64,000 bases of DNA from Marine Group II euryarchaeote MED-G37 (GTDB lineage: Archaea > Thermoplasmatota > Poseidoniia > Poseidoniales > Thalassarchaeaceae). The stretch lies in contig NTJQ01000004.1 of the NCBI GenBank assembly GCA_002457555.1, forward strand, positions 24,860 to 88,859. The letters run 5' to 3'. This document shows, one piece after another, positions 1 to 9,370 of this stretch (position 1 is the stretch's first letter; the number at the start of each line of letters is the position of its first letter). Below the pieces are notes generated by a model. That model had not been told where the DNA came from. It ran no database searches and worked only from the letters and a program-made list of their open reading frames with translations. A program made the position numbers and the translations under genes.

Positions 1-576
1 AATGGGCACTCCTGCCCTTTCAATGCCTTCTCGGATTTGTTCTAGAGTGACAGAATCTAGCGCTCCTTCTGAAGGCTTTGGATAGTACGCAATACCGTCG
101 TTATCCAACAACACTGGCATACACCTGTCACCATCAACTAGACTTTCTTCATCGAATAGAAGAGATATATCCGCCCCGTGTTCTTTTGCAACCTCTCGAG
201 CATCGAAATATGGTGTCCAATCACCGTGTTTTGTACCTCTTACTGCACCTTCCCATCGGGGTGCTGAAAGACTGATTGCAGTCATTTGATTGGGCCATTT
301 TCCATTTACTCGAGGTACTAATTCAATTTTCCCATTAGGATTGATTCCAATCTTTACCAAAAATGGCGCTTGATTTTCTTCTACTACTGATTCGCCCGGA
401 ATCTCACATTTGCTGAGTGCTTCAAAGATAAGTTCTGGTAGGTTATCTGGCAGATTGAATCCCAATCTTTCCGCGTGTCGGAAAAGGCGAGAAATATGCA
501 AATCGGGTGCTAATAGCCGTGTTCCGCCATCCCAAGCTATGGTGGTGAATACCTCGGAGCGCGGATCACCACCCAT
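1..576 (-). CDS. Fold-type IV aminotransferase / aminodeoxychorismate-lyase-like protein, N-terminal part (gene runs off the left edge)
   Basis: Hand translation of the minus strand from ATG 576..574 stays open to nt 1: MGGDPRSEVFTTIAWDGGTRLLAPDLHISRLFRHAERLGF...RGTKHGDWTPYFDAREVAKEHGADISLLFDEESLVDGDRCMPVLLDNDG. The pattern (FTT..G, H..RL, Lys-containing TKH motif, GAD..LL.D...V.DG) fits the BCAT/PabC family. It is absent from the ORF track because no stop lies in the window. Confidence 0.55.
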   Translation of the reverse strand, partial: MGGDPRSEVFTTIAWDGGTRLLAPDLHISRLFRHAERLGFNLPDNLPELIFEALSKCEIPGESVVEENQAPFLVKIGINPNGKIELVPRVNGKWPNQMTAISLSAPRWEGAVRGTKHGDWTPYFDAREVAKEHGADISLLFDEESLVDGDRCMPVLLDNDGIAYYPKPSEGALDSVTLEQIREGIERAGVPI

Positions 577-620
577 AGGTCTCGATAGATGAATATGGCT
601 TCAACCCGATGTTGATACAA

Positions 621-3600
621 TCAGAGCATTTCGTCTAAGAACGATGTGTCAATATCTTCGTCTTTTGATTCTTCTTCATCCAATTCTTCGAAGTTTAGGT
701 CGTCTGCCATGTCATCAAGGTCACCAAGATCTAAGTCTTCATCCTCATCTCCGAGTAATTCGTCCATAACACCGCTATCTGCAGATGGCGTGGGGCCTAG
801 ATCCTCGTCAACTGGGACTCCTGCACTAGCCATATCCTCAGTGTAATCACTCTTGTTTTCATCGGAGGTATCTCCTTCCTTACGTCTGGCGTTGGCGACA
901 AGACCACCATCAATTTCCAACTCATCTGCACCGAAGTCTTCGTCATCGGTAAGACCGGCAGCTTCGCGTTCCATTTGCTCTTCCAACTCGACTTCGAGAG
1001 CACCCATTTCCCAGGGCTCAGGAGCAGAATCTCCTCTTGGCCTGATGAACATCATTGCCCCAATTAGAAACATTACTACGGATAATGCAATGATTACCAT
1101 ATTCATATCACCCGCCATTATCCTATCGACCCAAGACTCACCGGCTGCATCATCTCCTGGTTGCGTAGTGCCAAAGCTGGATTCTTCCCAAGGTGGAACT
1201 TCGACTGGGTCTGCATAGAATGTGTGAACTTCTCCATTATAGGTTACAATCTCAATCCAATAGGTCTCTTCACGATCTATCATCTCACCATTGAATTCAT
1301 TGAGAATCAAAATCGTATCCCTAATACCAGACTTAACCAAAGAAGCGTTTCTTGTATCGTCGAACGAATCAAGGCTGACGAAGGCGTAGTAACTTGCATA
1401 CATCGGGTCGTCGACATTGTCCCAACTTACCTCAATTAGAGACCCTGCAGCATTCCAACTGGCCCTTATCCCACTAACATCTGGACACTCTGGACATGGG
1501 TCCGCGGAAAGTTCGTCGGCGAGTTCTATCCAAGTGTTAGCAAGATTGTCCGTCCAAGCATTACCTGACGAATCAACTGCCATCACTGCGACATAGATTC
1601 GGCGGTTCGGCACCAATGGTGTAGCAATATCATCCCCATAGGCTGAGAACTCAGTTAGCAGGACTGGAAGGCCCTGTTCTCTGTCAACTATCATAGCGGG
1701 TTGAAGATCATCGATTCTCTGCAATAGAACAGGAGTATCTATTACCGCGTAAATCCAGTATTCAGCGATGTCGGAGGCATCACTTGATGGGAATTCCACG
1801 AACATCGCATTTCCGGCGTCATTTGGTCTATCACTGAGTACGGGGGATTGAAGTCGCTCGGGAGGAGATACGTCCCCACGATTATCCATTGGAGTAACTA
1901 ATACCATGTGTTCCGACAGCCCACTTAGGTGCACATTTCCAGTGACGTCATGAATAGTGACTGTGACATAGAGAGGAATCATCGATTGGATTGGACCTAC
2001 TTGCAAAGAATCGACAGAGTTACCATAGAGTGCACTTTCTGCAGTATACTCTAATTGGAAGTTAGCACCAAACTGGCGCTGGTTAATGACTACTAAACCG
2101 CATTCTGATGGGTTTTCGATACAGGTTTCCCAAATCTCAGTTACATCATTTAATGGGTACTCAGAAACCCAAATTGTGTAGAATGAGAAGTCATCAGCGG
2201 ATGAACGATTCCAGCGAATATCAATGGCTGAACCGTCATCCTCAGGATAATCCCATGCATCTAGACCAGTCACACGATTTGGAGGGATTGCTTCACCATC
2301 AAAATCAGCCTCAGGAGTAGCATCCACGACTAGTACATTGTCGATATCAGCATTACCCCAATCATCGAAGGCAACGACTCCAATCCAGTAGACTGTTCCG
2401 TCGATTAGACCACTTGCTCCAAGTGAATCGATGATGATTGAAGTTGTTTCACAACTGTCTGTATATCCCGCAACTGGCCAACCGTCGACTGTTGATGGTG
2501 GTTGCCAGCCGGAGGCTGGTAGAGCATACACTGCGTAGTAGGTGCAGTCTTCCTCAGTATTTGCATTCCAAGTGACATTGATTCTTCCACCTTCATCATT
2601 CGGTACGTCGAAGGCTGTTGTTCCGGTAATCGGTGCAGGAGGAATTCCATCATCTAGACCACCCGCGGTAACTACAGGACCGATTATTGTGGCATTATTG
2701 ATTGATGATTGCCCTGCTTCATCAACACAAACCGCTGCAAACCAATATGGAACTCCACCTTCCAATTGTAAGGCGGTTGTGTTTCCAGTACTCCAATGGA
2801 ATTCGAATGGTTCTGAAAGTCCAACTATGCTAGTAATCTCCTGTTGTACCGCCCAAATCCTCACCCTATCTTGGTCAAGTTCAGTACAGGCAGCCCATTC
2901 TAGGAAAATGGTACCCGCTGCCCCACCCGAAACCGGATTTGCAGTCATCCAAGAAGGAGCGGCTGGAATCTCATCTGTTGGGGTAATATTTTGAGGATAA
3001 GTCATTGGAACGCCCAGAGACCCATCTGCATACTCGATAACTACTGCTGCACGGTATTGTCGGTCATCTCGTAATTGTTCGGTTACACCAGCATTATCTG
3101 CTCTTGTTATGGTCGCATTTGTGCGAGACCATAAGTCCGATCTAATGTATGTAGATAATGAACCGAGATCTTCTTCAGTTGGCTCCCATAGTGGGTCAAC
3201 TGTTGAATCCCATACATACAATCTGTAGGCATGCCATGCAGCGTCTTCTGCTGGTAACCAAGAGGCTTCGATTACACCTCCACCGTCGTTTGGTCTGTCG
3301 ACTAAATTGGTAATTACAGTCGGAACCTCAATTCGTTCCCAGTCGTAGGTTAAGCGAACCTGCATTGCTCCATCTTGAGGAGACTGCAATTGGACATGTA
3401 AAATCGCAGATGAGGTCCCTGGTCCTACTGCGGAGATTGCTGATTGGAAGGCCTGTTGTATTCCTCCATTACTAGCGGCTAAATCCCAACTTCCGGTGTA
3501 ATTCAACGAGGTTGAACGGGCCCAAACCCACGCTCCTCTTTGGGGTGCGAGCATAGTCATAGTTTCGACGTGCATTGGAAGTTTTCCTGGTGCGGCAGAG

Positions 3601-6600
3601 TTGGAGGTTTCAGGAATTTCAATTGGATTATCAGGGGTGACTAGTACTGTTGCCATTCCTGGGTGAGTTGTATTGGTGATATCCCATGATCGGCCGCCGT
3701 ACAACAAGGTTAACGGGTCTGCACGACGTTGATTCTCTCTTGCTATCTCTTGTAGACTAATGACTGGTTTGTAGACATGTAGGCCATCATTTCCTACAGC
3801 ATAGAATCCACTGAAATCAATGTACCCTCCTTGTAGACCAGTGATCACCCGGTTACTAACTACGTCATGACTTCCATCTACATCTACGACATCTAGGCCT
3901 CTCGGACTCATAACTACAAGATATTGGCCATCACTATGCATTTGATATGGAGGCCAAGATAGTAGAGAGCTGGTACTAACACCTGTCTCCATTTGCATCG
4001 TGCTACCATTCCAATGCACCAGAGGAGCAACATCGGTTGCAACGTGTACTCCCCAGTCATCAGCGACAATCGCCCGAACATCGTTGCTTGGAATCATGTC
4101 GATGTTATAGCTGCCGTTTGCCATATCGGTGGCCAAGTCCCAGGCTGCTACTCCAGGTCTTGTTGGTCCCTGGCCATTGTGAGAAATGAATATCGCCGCG
4201 TCGTGGTAAAGAGTGGAGTTTGTCCCGTCGGGATTTTGTACGACGCGTGAAATTGGTCCTGCTTCCGTAATCCCGCTGACGGCATTACCCATCAAGCCGT
4301 CATTGAATCCTAAGGTATTGAGGACTGAGAGATTAGCCCCATGCAGGACTGTAACACCAGCAGCACCACCAGCCAGAACCTTCCCTCCGCCCTGAATCGT
4401 GGTATTGATTGAATGTAAGTGAGTGATTATTGGTGAAGGTAATCCATCCATGGTAGTAATCGGATTATCCCAATCATCACGAGTGGTATTGTACATTCCA
4501 ATTCCACCATGAGTTGCTATCATGATATGATCTCCATAAACCATGAAATCACGCACTAGATTACTTGGTAATCCAGCGATTAGACTGCCATAGCCCCATT
4601 GCCGACTTAGGGTATCGAATGTTTGGAAACCGGCCGCTGAGCCTTCATTACCCATCAGTCCAACATACATTGTATTGTTTTCAATAATCATTCCATCCAT
4701 CTGCGCATGAAGCGCCGGTGGAGTAGATAGTATGCGGCGTTGCTTCAAGTCAATTGCCTTGAGACCCCGGCCAGCTGTACTTACCCACAGAGTCTCTCCA
4801 TCCAAGGTCATTTCATTGACTACGTCTTGTTGGAAATTGTAACCATATTCCCATCTTACTGAGCCATTTGATAGGAGTTCTCCTTGAAGAATAGAGGAGC
4901 CGTAGAATGAACTGGAGTCCAACGCTGAGGTAATCCAAACATTAGTAGCGTTAGAGACAATTTCTAGAACACGACCACTGGTTAGTCCAGCTAATTCGTC
5001 GTAACCACTTGCAATTAATCCTGAACTATCCAATCTGTCGACTCTGTTCAGGCCCGTTGTTTGGCCTGATCTTCCAACCGCGTAGATGACTTGCCCTGTG
5101 GATGATGGAGCTCTATCTATCGAACAACCATCCATTCCAGGATCTAAGACCTGCCCGTTTGCGGTTGCTGTTCCAGAAGTTATCAGTCGAGATATTCCAC
5201 CTTGATTATCGTACTGATGTGCGGCATAGAGGACGTTATTGTCATGTAACAATCCACCAGGGAAAATTCGGTCCTCACTAATTCCATCGGCAGAAGTGAG
5301 TAATGGAAGATATGCGTCAGTGTTGTAGTTGTAGCGATCAATACCGATTCCCTCTGTGTCATATGCAATGTACAGGATGTCATTAGCTTCGTCACAAGTC
5401 ACAGCCCTTGGGTCATTATTTGACAGTCCTGAGTTACCAGATGTCATCGCACTAATCCATTCGTTAGTAATTGAATCTGAATCGTGGTCGGCAAGGTCGT
5501 ACCGGGCGACACCACCTTGATTGCCCCACCAAAATCGGGCTCCGATAGCAACGTGCACAATGTCGTCGCATACCTTGATGTCTGCTGCATATCCATCTGG
5601 GATATCTCCAGTCCCTAAATCCCATGATGACCAGTTGCCGGTGGCTCCATCCTTTCTCAATACCTGTGCATTTGAGTTCCATCCGCTCGATTCCATATTT
5701 CCAAGCCATAGGTCGTTACCGACGACTTCCATCGAGTAGAATTCCTCTTCCGTGTTCGATGGTAAACCATCACTTGGAGTCCATGAATCAAGCCAAGTCT
5801 CGTTTACAGGGTCCCATCGGAGAATACCGTTCATGCTAGCAAAGAGGTATTCTCCTTCGAATTCTTCCATTCCGCGAATCGGACCATCCACATCTGTCCA
5901 CTCGTCGAGTAACGTCATGGTGTCTGCATTGAATCTCCTTAGAATGAAATTTCCATAGGCCACCCATAGTTCACACGAACTTGTATTGAGCGGGAAACAT
6001 TCACCAAGGAATCGAGCATTTACTCGCAGTACATTACCAATGGTTGCTAAATCATCTTCCCAGGATTCGTTTGTCATGTTCCAACGAACAATCGTTCCAT
6101 CCCCATCGTTCCAAGTCTGCGTTGGCCGGATACCAATCCACAATTGGTCGTTAACTATTCCAATCCCATTGATTACTCCGTTCCACCCAGTTCGGTCGTC
6201 TACCTCTATGGTTGTCAGGCTAGTATTTGTTGTCAAATTGATACGATAAATACTATCCGAGCCACCACCCCACCAACTGGTTGAACGCTGGGTTGAGTAA
6301 TGCAAAATGTCGCCATATATCTCTATGTCAGCAGGGATTGAATTAGATAAAGTGGGGCCATTTGAATTAGAACCTCTGTCCCAAGAAATGAGTACCAAGT
6401 CATTGATGACATCAATTAGTGTGAGGCCGAAGTCTCCGCCGGCCCAAATGGTACCGTAAGTCAGACCTGGTACTAGGGCAGTTACATCGTCATCATTGAT
6501 GTATCCTTGATCCCCATCCCAAGTGGTCAGCCATTGGTTATTGATTAAGTCATAACGAGCTATACCGGTGTTTTCGAAACCGAGGTAGAGAATATCGTCA

Positions 6601-9209
6601 ACTTTGACGGTTCGAGCGCGCTGAGTGTCGTCACCCGCTGTCCAAGTTTCAATAACGGAGAAGTTGTCCATGTTAACGATACCAGCGCCTTCATTCCCAC
6701 CGGTATATGCCCTGTCTGGAGCCAGCATTTCTATGGTGTAGACAAAGCGACTTTCAAGACCGTCCCCCGAACTTACACAATCTTGGAATTGGTATTGCCA
6801 ATTCCATTTACAGGCTCCTCTGTTTGTGCCAGCGTAGAGTCCATCTCCATCGCTAGTTACATCGTAGAATACACTGGGTCGATTCCACCATGAACCACTC
6901 GTTGTCAATGTTGTCCATGTGCTGCCATCATACCGCGAAAATGATCCTTCTGAGCCGACTAATAGACCTCCGAAATCGTCCATTTCTAGAGATAAGACAT
7001 CATCGTCGGGAAGCGAGTTTGTATCCTGAGTCCAGAGATCGGAAATATCACCAGTTAGCCTGTCTACAACAAGAATCCCAAACTCGTATAGTCCAATGTA
7101 TACTATATCCCCATCAACTGCAACTGGTGTCGCATCCAAATCGTCGGCGCCGAGAGATTGCCAGGATCCGATGATTGTTGAAGTGGATAATTCTACTCGC
7201 ATTACTCCCTTGTCTGGAGTGGCCATGTATGCTATTCCGAACCTAGTCGTAACAGAATTAACAAAATCGGAATCTAGTCCGTCTGAAGTGGTAATCGTGT
7301 CTACTAGTGTCATCTGATTAGTATCGATTATGGATATTCCAGACTCGCTATGTCCAACTACCAAGTAGCCGTTTGTATCGTCATAGGCTAGAGAACTAAC
7401 TTCGTTTGAGCTTAATCCAGATACGGTTCCGATGTAACTTCCATCGGTATTTTCTAACCTCAAAATTCCAGCATTGCTTGTTCCAATCCAAACCTTGTCG
7501 TTATCATCTTGTTGAATAGCAACAATTTGGCCTGGGTTGCTGACATAATCACGAATATCGATCGGGGTATTCCAGGCACGAGCTGCCTCGTCATATTGAT
7601 CGATTATTCTGCCGCTTGCAACCCAAATCTCTCCACTCTCGCCATCATTGATACGAGAGACTACATTCATTCCATCGATTGATGGCCCACTAACTAGAGT
7701 CAGAGTACCAGCAGGATTCTCAGCAATTTGCATTCCAAGAGTCCCTGAACCATCACTGAATAGGGCGGTAGAGCTAATCGGTCCTCGGGCAGGATGGGCT
7801 GGCCATGCTATGGCCATTGCACCATTTCCGTACAAATCTAGTTGTGAGAGTTGATTCTGAGATTGGAAAATTAGTGTATTTGTGTCGTAAGCATGAACCG
7901 TGGTGCCAGCGAGAATATGGAGCCAACCTGGGGTGAGAGACAAACCGTGAATTTGATTGGAGGCCAACCAGTTATTTGTTGACCAAGTGGCGATCCAAGA
8001 TTGTGCAGTTAAGTCCCTGCGGTTGATGCCTGAATCAGAGGTTGCGATTAGGAGACAGTCGCCGGCAACCTCGAGGTCGGTAATTTGGTCCGAGGAAAGG
8101 AAATTCTGGGTGTTCCAATCTGTTTGGGAATCAACAGATACAGAAACACTGCCGGAGGAAGATGATGTGATGTAATTGAGAATGTGAACTCCAGCATTTG
8201 TTGTTGCCAAGTAAACACTATCGCCGATTATCATAATGTCAGATGGCGTCTCAATGTTTAGTGTTGGACAGTAGTCGTACTCATTCCAAACTACGTCACC
8301 AACCGGCTTGAAGTGAATAGTACAATTTCCAGCTGCCCATATTGTTCCATAATCATCGACTGCTAATGCATAGATTCCAGCGTTTTGAGAACCTGTAGGG
8401 TCCTTTTCGTGTGGCATTTCAGAGGAATCGTGCAAACTACGCGAAAGTACTGACCCATCTTCTGTTCCAATCAGTAAAGTTCCGGTATCACTGTCTATCG
8501 CTAACGACCTTCCCATGATCCCTGTTTCAATATCTATGATTGGCTTTTGAGAACGGGCGTCTAGATGGAGTAGGTCGTCATCGAGTAATATGTACAACCG
8601 GCCATCGTGAGGATTTACCGCTGATGCATGAATATCTATGGTCACTGAGGAGTAGGACACCATTGGATCGGCCGGCCTTAAAGCCTCAATTACCATGTCA
8701 GTGAGCGTTACTCCGGCCGGTAATTCCCATGAGGCATCAGAAATGGAGTTAGGTTTGAGATGAGTGCTTAGAGTACCGTCGAGTACACTCGGGGGGTTAT
8801 TTTCCATCTCATTCTGCTGGCCTAAGTCGCCATAACCTCTCCAATCTAGAATTGGAGTTTGAGTATCCATGAGAGTAATTTGTGGCTCATTTGCCCAATA
8901 TCCAGCCGAGCCGTTTACTGCAATTTCGAAGGTTAGATTCGAAATTTGAGCGCCCGGAGCAAATGGCAAGAACAAGTCGCTATAGGCATAGCTCCCGTTA
9001 TCTGGATCTGCTCCGGTAGCGACCAAATCAATCCATCCGGTATCGTTGCTTCCTGTGGCGCCCCATGCAGCCTGCGACACCTCACGGGTTTCTTGCTCAG
9101 AATCTAATTCATTTGCACCAGAATATGCAGACCAAGGCAACAAAACCATCAATGTTGCAAGAAGCAAAGCAGACCTGCGCTTGCTCGGCAATTGACGAGG
9201 ATTCGACAT
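621..9209 (-). CDS. Giant (2862 aa) membrane-anchored surface protein: signal peptide, many beta-propeller (Reg_prop-like) blades, six FN3/Ig-like modules, C-terminal TM anchor and acidic tail
   Basis: One uninterrupted ORF. N-terminal signal-like RRSALLLATLMVLLPWSAYSG. More than a dozen degenerate blades of the form xWIGT/VGxxxxGIxRxD (VWIGTSNAGILRLEN, LYLGFENTGIARYDL, LLVGSEGSFSRYDGSTW). One TM helix MNMVIIALSVVMFLIGAMMF (nt 1047..1106), followed by a D/E-rich tail of about 140 aa. Confidence 0.85.
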   Translation of the reverse strand: MSNPRQLPSKRRSALLLATLMVLLPWSAYSGANELDSEQETREVSQAAWGATGSNDTGWIDLVATGADPDNGSYAYSDLFLPFAPGAQISNLTFEIAVNGSAGYWANEPQITLMDTQTPILDWRGYGDLGQQNEMENNPPSVLDGTLSTHLKPNSISDASWELPAGVTLTDMVIEALRPADPMVSYSSVTIDIHASAVNPHDGRLYILLDDDLLHLDARSQKPIIDIETGIMGRSLAIDSDTGTLLIGTEDGSVLSRSLHDSSEMPHEKDPTGSQNAGIYALAVDDYGTIWAAGNCTIHFKPVGDVVWNEYDYCPTLNIETPSDIMIIGDSVYLATTNAGVHILNYITSSSSGSVSVSVDSQTDWNTQNFLSSDQITDLEVAGDCLLIATSDSGINRRDLTAQSWIATWSTNNWLASNQIHGLSLTPGWLHILAGTTVHAYDTNTLIFQSQNQLSQLDLYGNGAMAIAWPAHPARGPISSTALFSDGSGTLGMQIAENPAGTLTLVSGPSIDGMNVVSRINDGESGEIWVASGRIIDQYDEAARAWNTPIDIRDYVSNPGQIVAIQQDDNDKVWIGTSNAGILRLENTDGSYIGTVSGLSSNEVSSLAYDDTNGYLVVGHSESGISIIDTNQMTLVDTITTSDGLDSDFVNSVTTRFGIAYMATPDKGVMRVELSTSTIIGSWQSLGADDLDATPVAVDGDIVYIGLYEFGILVVDRLTGDISDLWTQDTNSLPDDDVLSLEMDDFGGLLVGSEGSFSRYDGSTWTTLTTSGSWWNRPSVFYDVTSDGDGLYAGTNRGACKWNWQYQFQDCVSSGDGLESRFVYTIEMLAPDRAYTGGNEGAGIVNMDNFSVIETWTAGDDTQRARTVKVDDILYLGFENTGIARYDLINNQWLTTWDGDQGYINDDDVTALVPGLTYGTIWAGGDFGLTLIDVINDLVLISWDRGSNSNGPTLSNSIPADIEIYGDILHYSTQRSTSWWGGGSDSIYRINLTTNTSLTTIEVDDRTGWNGVINGIGIVNDQLWIGIRPTQTWNDGDGTIVRWNMTNESWEDDLATIGNVLRVNARFLGECFPLNTSSCELWVAYGNFILRRFNADTMTLLDEWTDVDGPIRGMEEFEGEYLFASMNGILRWDPVNETWLDSWTPSDGLPSNTEEEFYSMEVVGNDLWLGNMESSGWNSNAQVLRKDGATGNWSSWDLGTGDIPDGYAADIKVCDDIVHVAIGARFWWGNQGGVARYDLADHDSDSITNEWISAMTSGNSGLSNNDPRAVTCDEANDILYIAYDTEGIGIDRYNYNTDAYLPLLTSADGISEDRIFPGGLLHDNNVLYAAHQYDNQGGISRLITSGTATANGQVLDPGMDGCSIDRAPSSTGQVIYAVGRSGQTTGLNRVDRLDSSGLIASGYDELAGLTSGRVLEIVSNATNVWITSALDSSSFYGSSILQGELLSNGSVRWEYGYNFQQDVVNEMTLDGETLWVSTAGRGLKAIDLKQRRILSTPPALHAQMDGMIIENNTMYVGLMGNEGSAAGFQTFDTLSRQWGYGSLIAGLPSNLVRDFMVYGDHIMIATHGGIGMYNTTRDDWDNPITTMDGLPSPIITHLHSINTTIQGGGKVLAGGAAGVTVLHGANLSVLNTLGFNDGLMGNAVSGITEAGPISRVVQNPDGTNSTLYHDAAIFISHNGQGPTRPGVAAWDLATDMANGSYNIDMIPSNDVRAIVADDWGVHVATDVAPLVHWNGSTMQMETGVSTSSLLSWPPYQMHSDGQYLVVMSPRGLDVVDVDGSHDVVSNRVITGLQGGYIDFSGFYAVGNDGLHVYKPVISLQEIARENQRRADPLTLLYGGRSWDITNTTHPGMATVLVTPDNPIEIPETSNSAAPGKLPMHVETMTMLAPQRGAWVWARSTSLNYTGSWDLAASNGGIQQAFQSAISAVGPGTSSAILHVQLQSPQDGAMQVRLTYDWERIEVPTVITNLVDRPNDGGGVIEASWLPAEDAAWHAYRLYVWDSTVDPLWEPTEEDLGSLSTYIRSDLWSRTNATITRADNAGVTEQLRDDRQYRAAVVIEYADGSLGVPMTYPQNITPTDEIPAAPSWMTANPVSGGAAGTIFLEWAACTELDQDRVRIWAVQQEITSIVGLSEPFEFHWSTGNTTALQLEGGVPYWFAAVCVDEAGQSSINNATIIGPVVTAGGLDDGIPPAPITGTTAFDVPNDEGGRINVTWNANTEEDCTYYAVYALPASGWQPPSTVDGWPVAGYTDSCETTSIIIDSLGASGLIDGTVYWIGVVAFDDWGNADIDNVLVVDATPEADFDGEAIPPNRVTGLDAWDYPEDDGSAIDIRWNRSSADDFSFYTIWVSEYPLNDVTEIWETCIENPSECGLVVINQRQFGANFQLEYTAESALYGNSVDSLQVGPIQSMIPLYVTVTIHDVTGNVHLSGLSEHMVLVTPMDNRGDVSPPERLQSPVLSDRPNDAGNAMFVEFPSSDASDIAEYWIYAVIDTPVLLQRIDDLQPAMIVDREQGLPVLLTEFSAYGDDIATPLVPNRRIYVAVMAVDSSGNAWTDNLANTWIELADELSADPCPECPDVSGIRASWNAAGSLIEVSWDNVDDPMYASYYAFVSLDSFDDTRNASLVKSGIRDTILILNEFNGEMIDREETYWIEIVTYNGEVHTFYADPVEVPPWEESSFGTTQPGDDAAGESWVDRIMAGDMNMVIIALSVVMFLIGAMMFIRPRGDSAPEPWEMGALEVELEEQMEREAAGLTDDEDFGADELEIDGGLVANARRKEGDTSDENKSDYTEDMASAGVPVDEDLGPTPSADSGVMDELLGDEDEDLDLGDLDDMADDLNFEELDEEESKDEDIDTSFLDEML
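1190..3335 (-). repeat. Six tandem FN3/Ig-like protein modules inside the giant surface protein gene
   Basis: Recurrent module starts: VPTVITNLVDRPNDGGGVIEASW; PAAPSWMTANPVSGGAAGTIFLEW; PPAPITGTTAFDVPNDEGGRINVTW; PPNRVTGLDAWDYPEDDGSAIDIRW; SPPERLQSPVLSDRPNDAGNAMFVEF; CPDVSGIRASWNAAGSLIEVSW. Each is followed by an aromatic Y-x-(I/V/L)-(Y/W) strand. Confidence 0.6.
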
Positions 9210-9275
9210 AGTTACGAACCACTGGCCTACTTGTTCCCATTAAGAAAGGGTGGGTTAGTTGATTTATACATGAGT

Positions 9276-9294
9276 CTCCCTCTTAAGGAGGGAG
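9276..9294. promoter_or_regulatory. Perfect 7-bp inverted repeat (CTCCCTC-TTAAG-GAGGGAG) in the divergent intergenic region between the giant surface-protein gene and maeB
   Basis: Read directly from the sequence. It is flanked by TATA-like TTTATACA (9263..9270) and ACATAAAG (9303..9310). Confidence 0.3.
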
Positions 9295-9370
9295 TGCAGT
9301 GTACATAAAGCGCATTTCCATGGGCCGATAAATCGCTCGAATTGTGTAGGATAGCATCAAAGAGGGGTGC

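Noticed and set aside
646-8175. Numerous 60-150-aa ORFs on both strands inside the giant surface-protein gene (for example 853..1218, 2542..2994 and 797..1003)
   Set aside because: These are shadow ORFs fully embedded in a continuous 8.6-kb reading frame with coherent domain structure. They are low-complexity Ser/Pro-rich translations.
9210-9370. Replication origin in the AT-richer divergent intergenic regions (9210..9370, 50299..50430, 57807..57946)
   Set aside because: There are no repeated ORB or mini-ORB-like elements, no adjacent orc1/cdc6 gene, and only single short palindromes.
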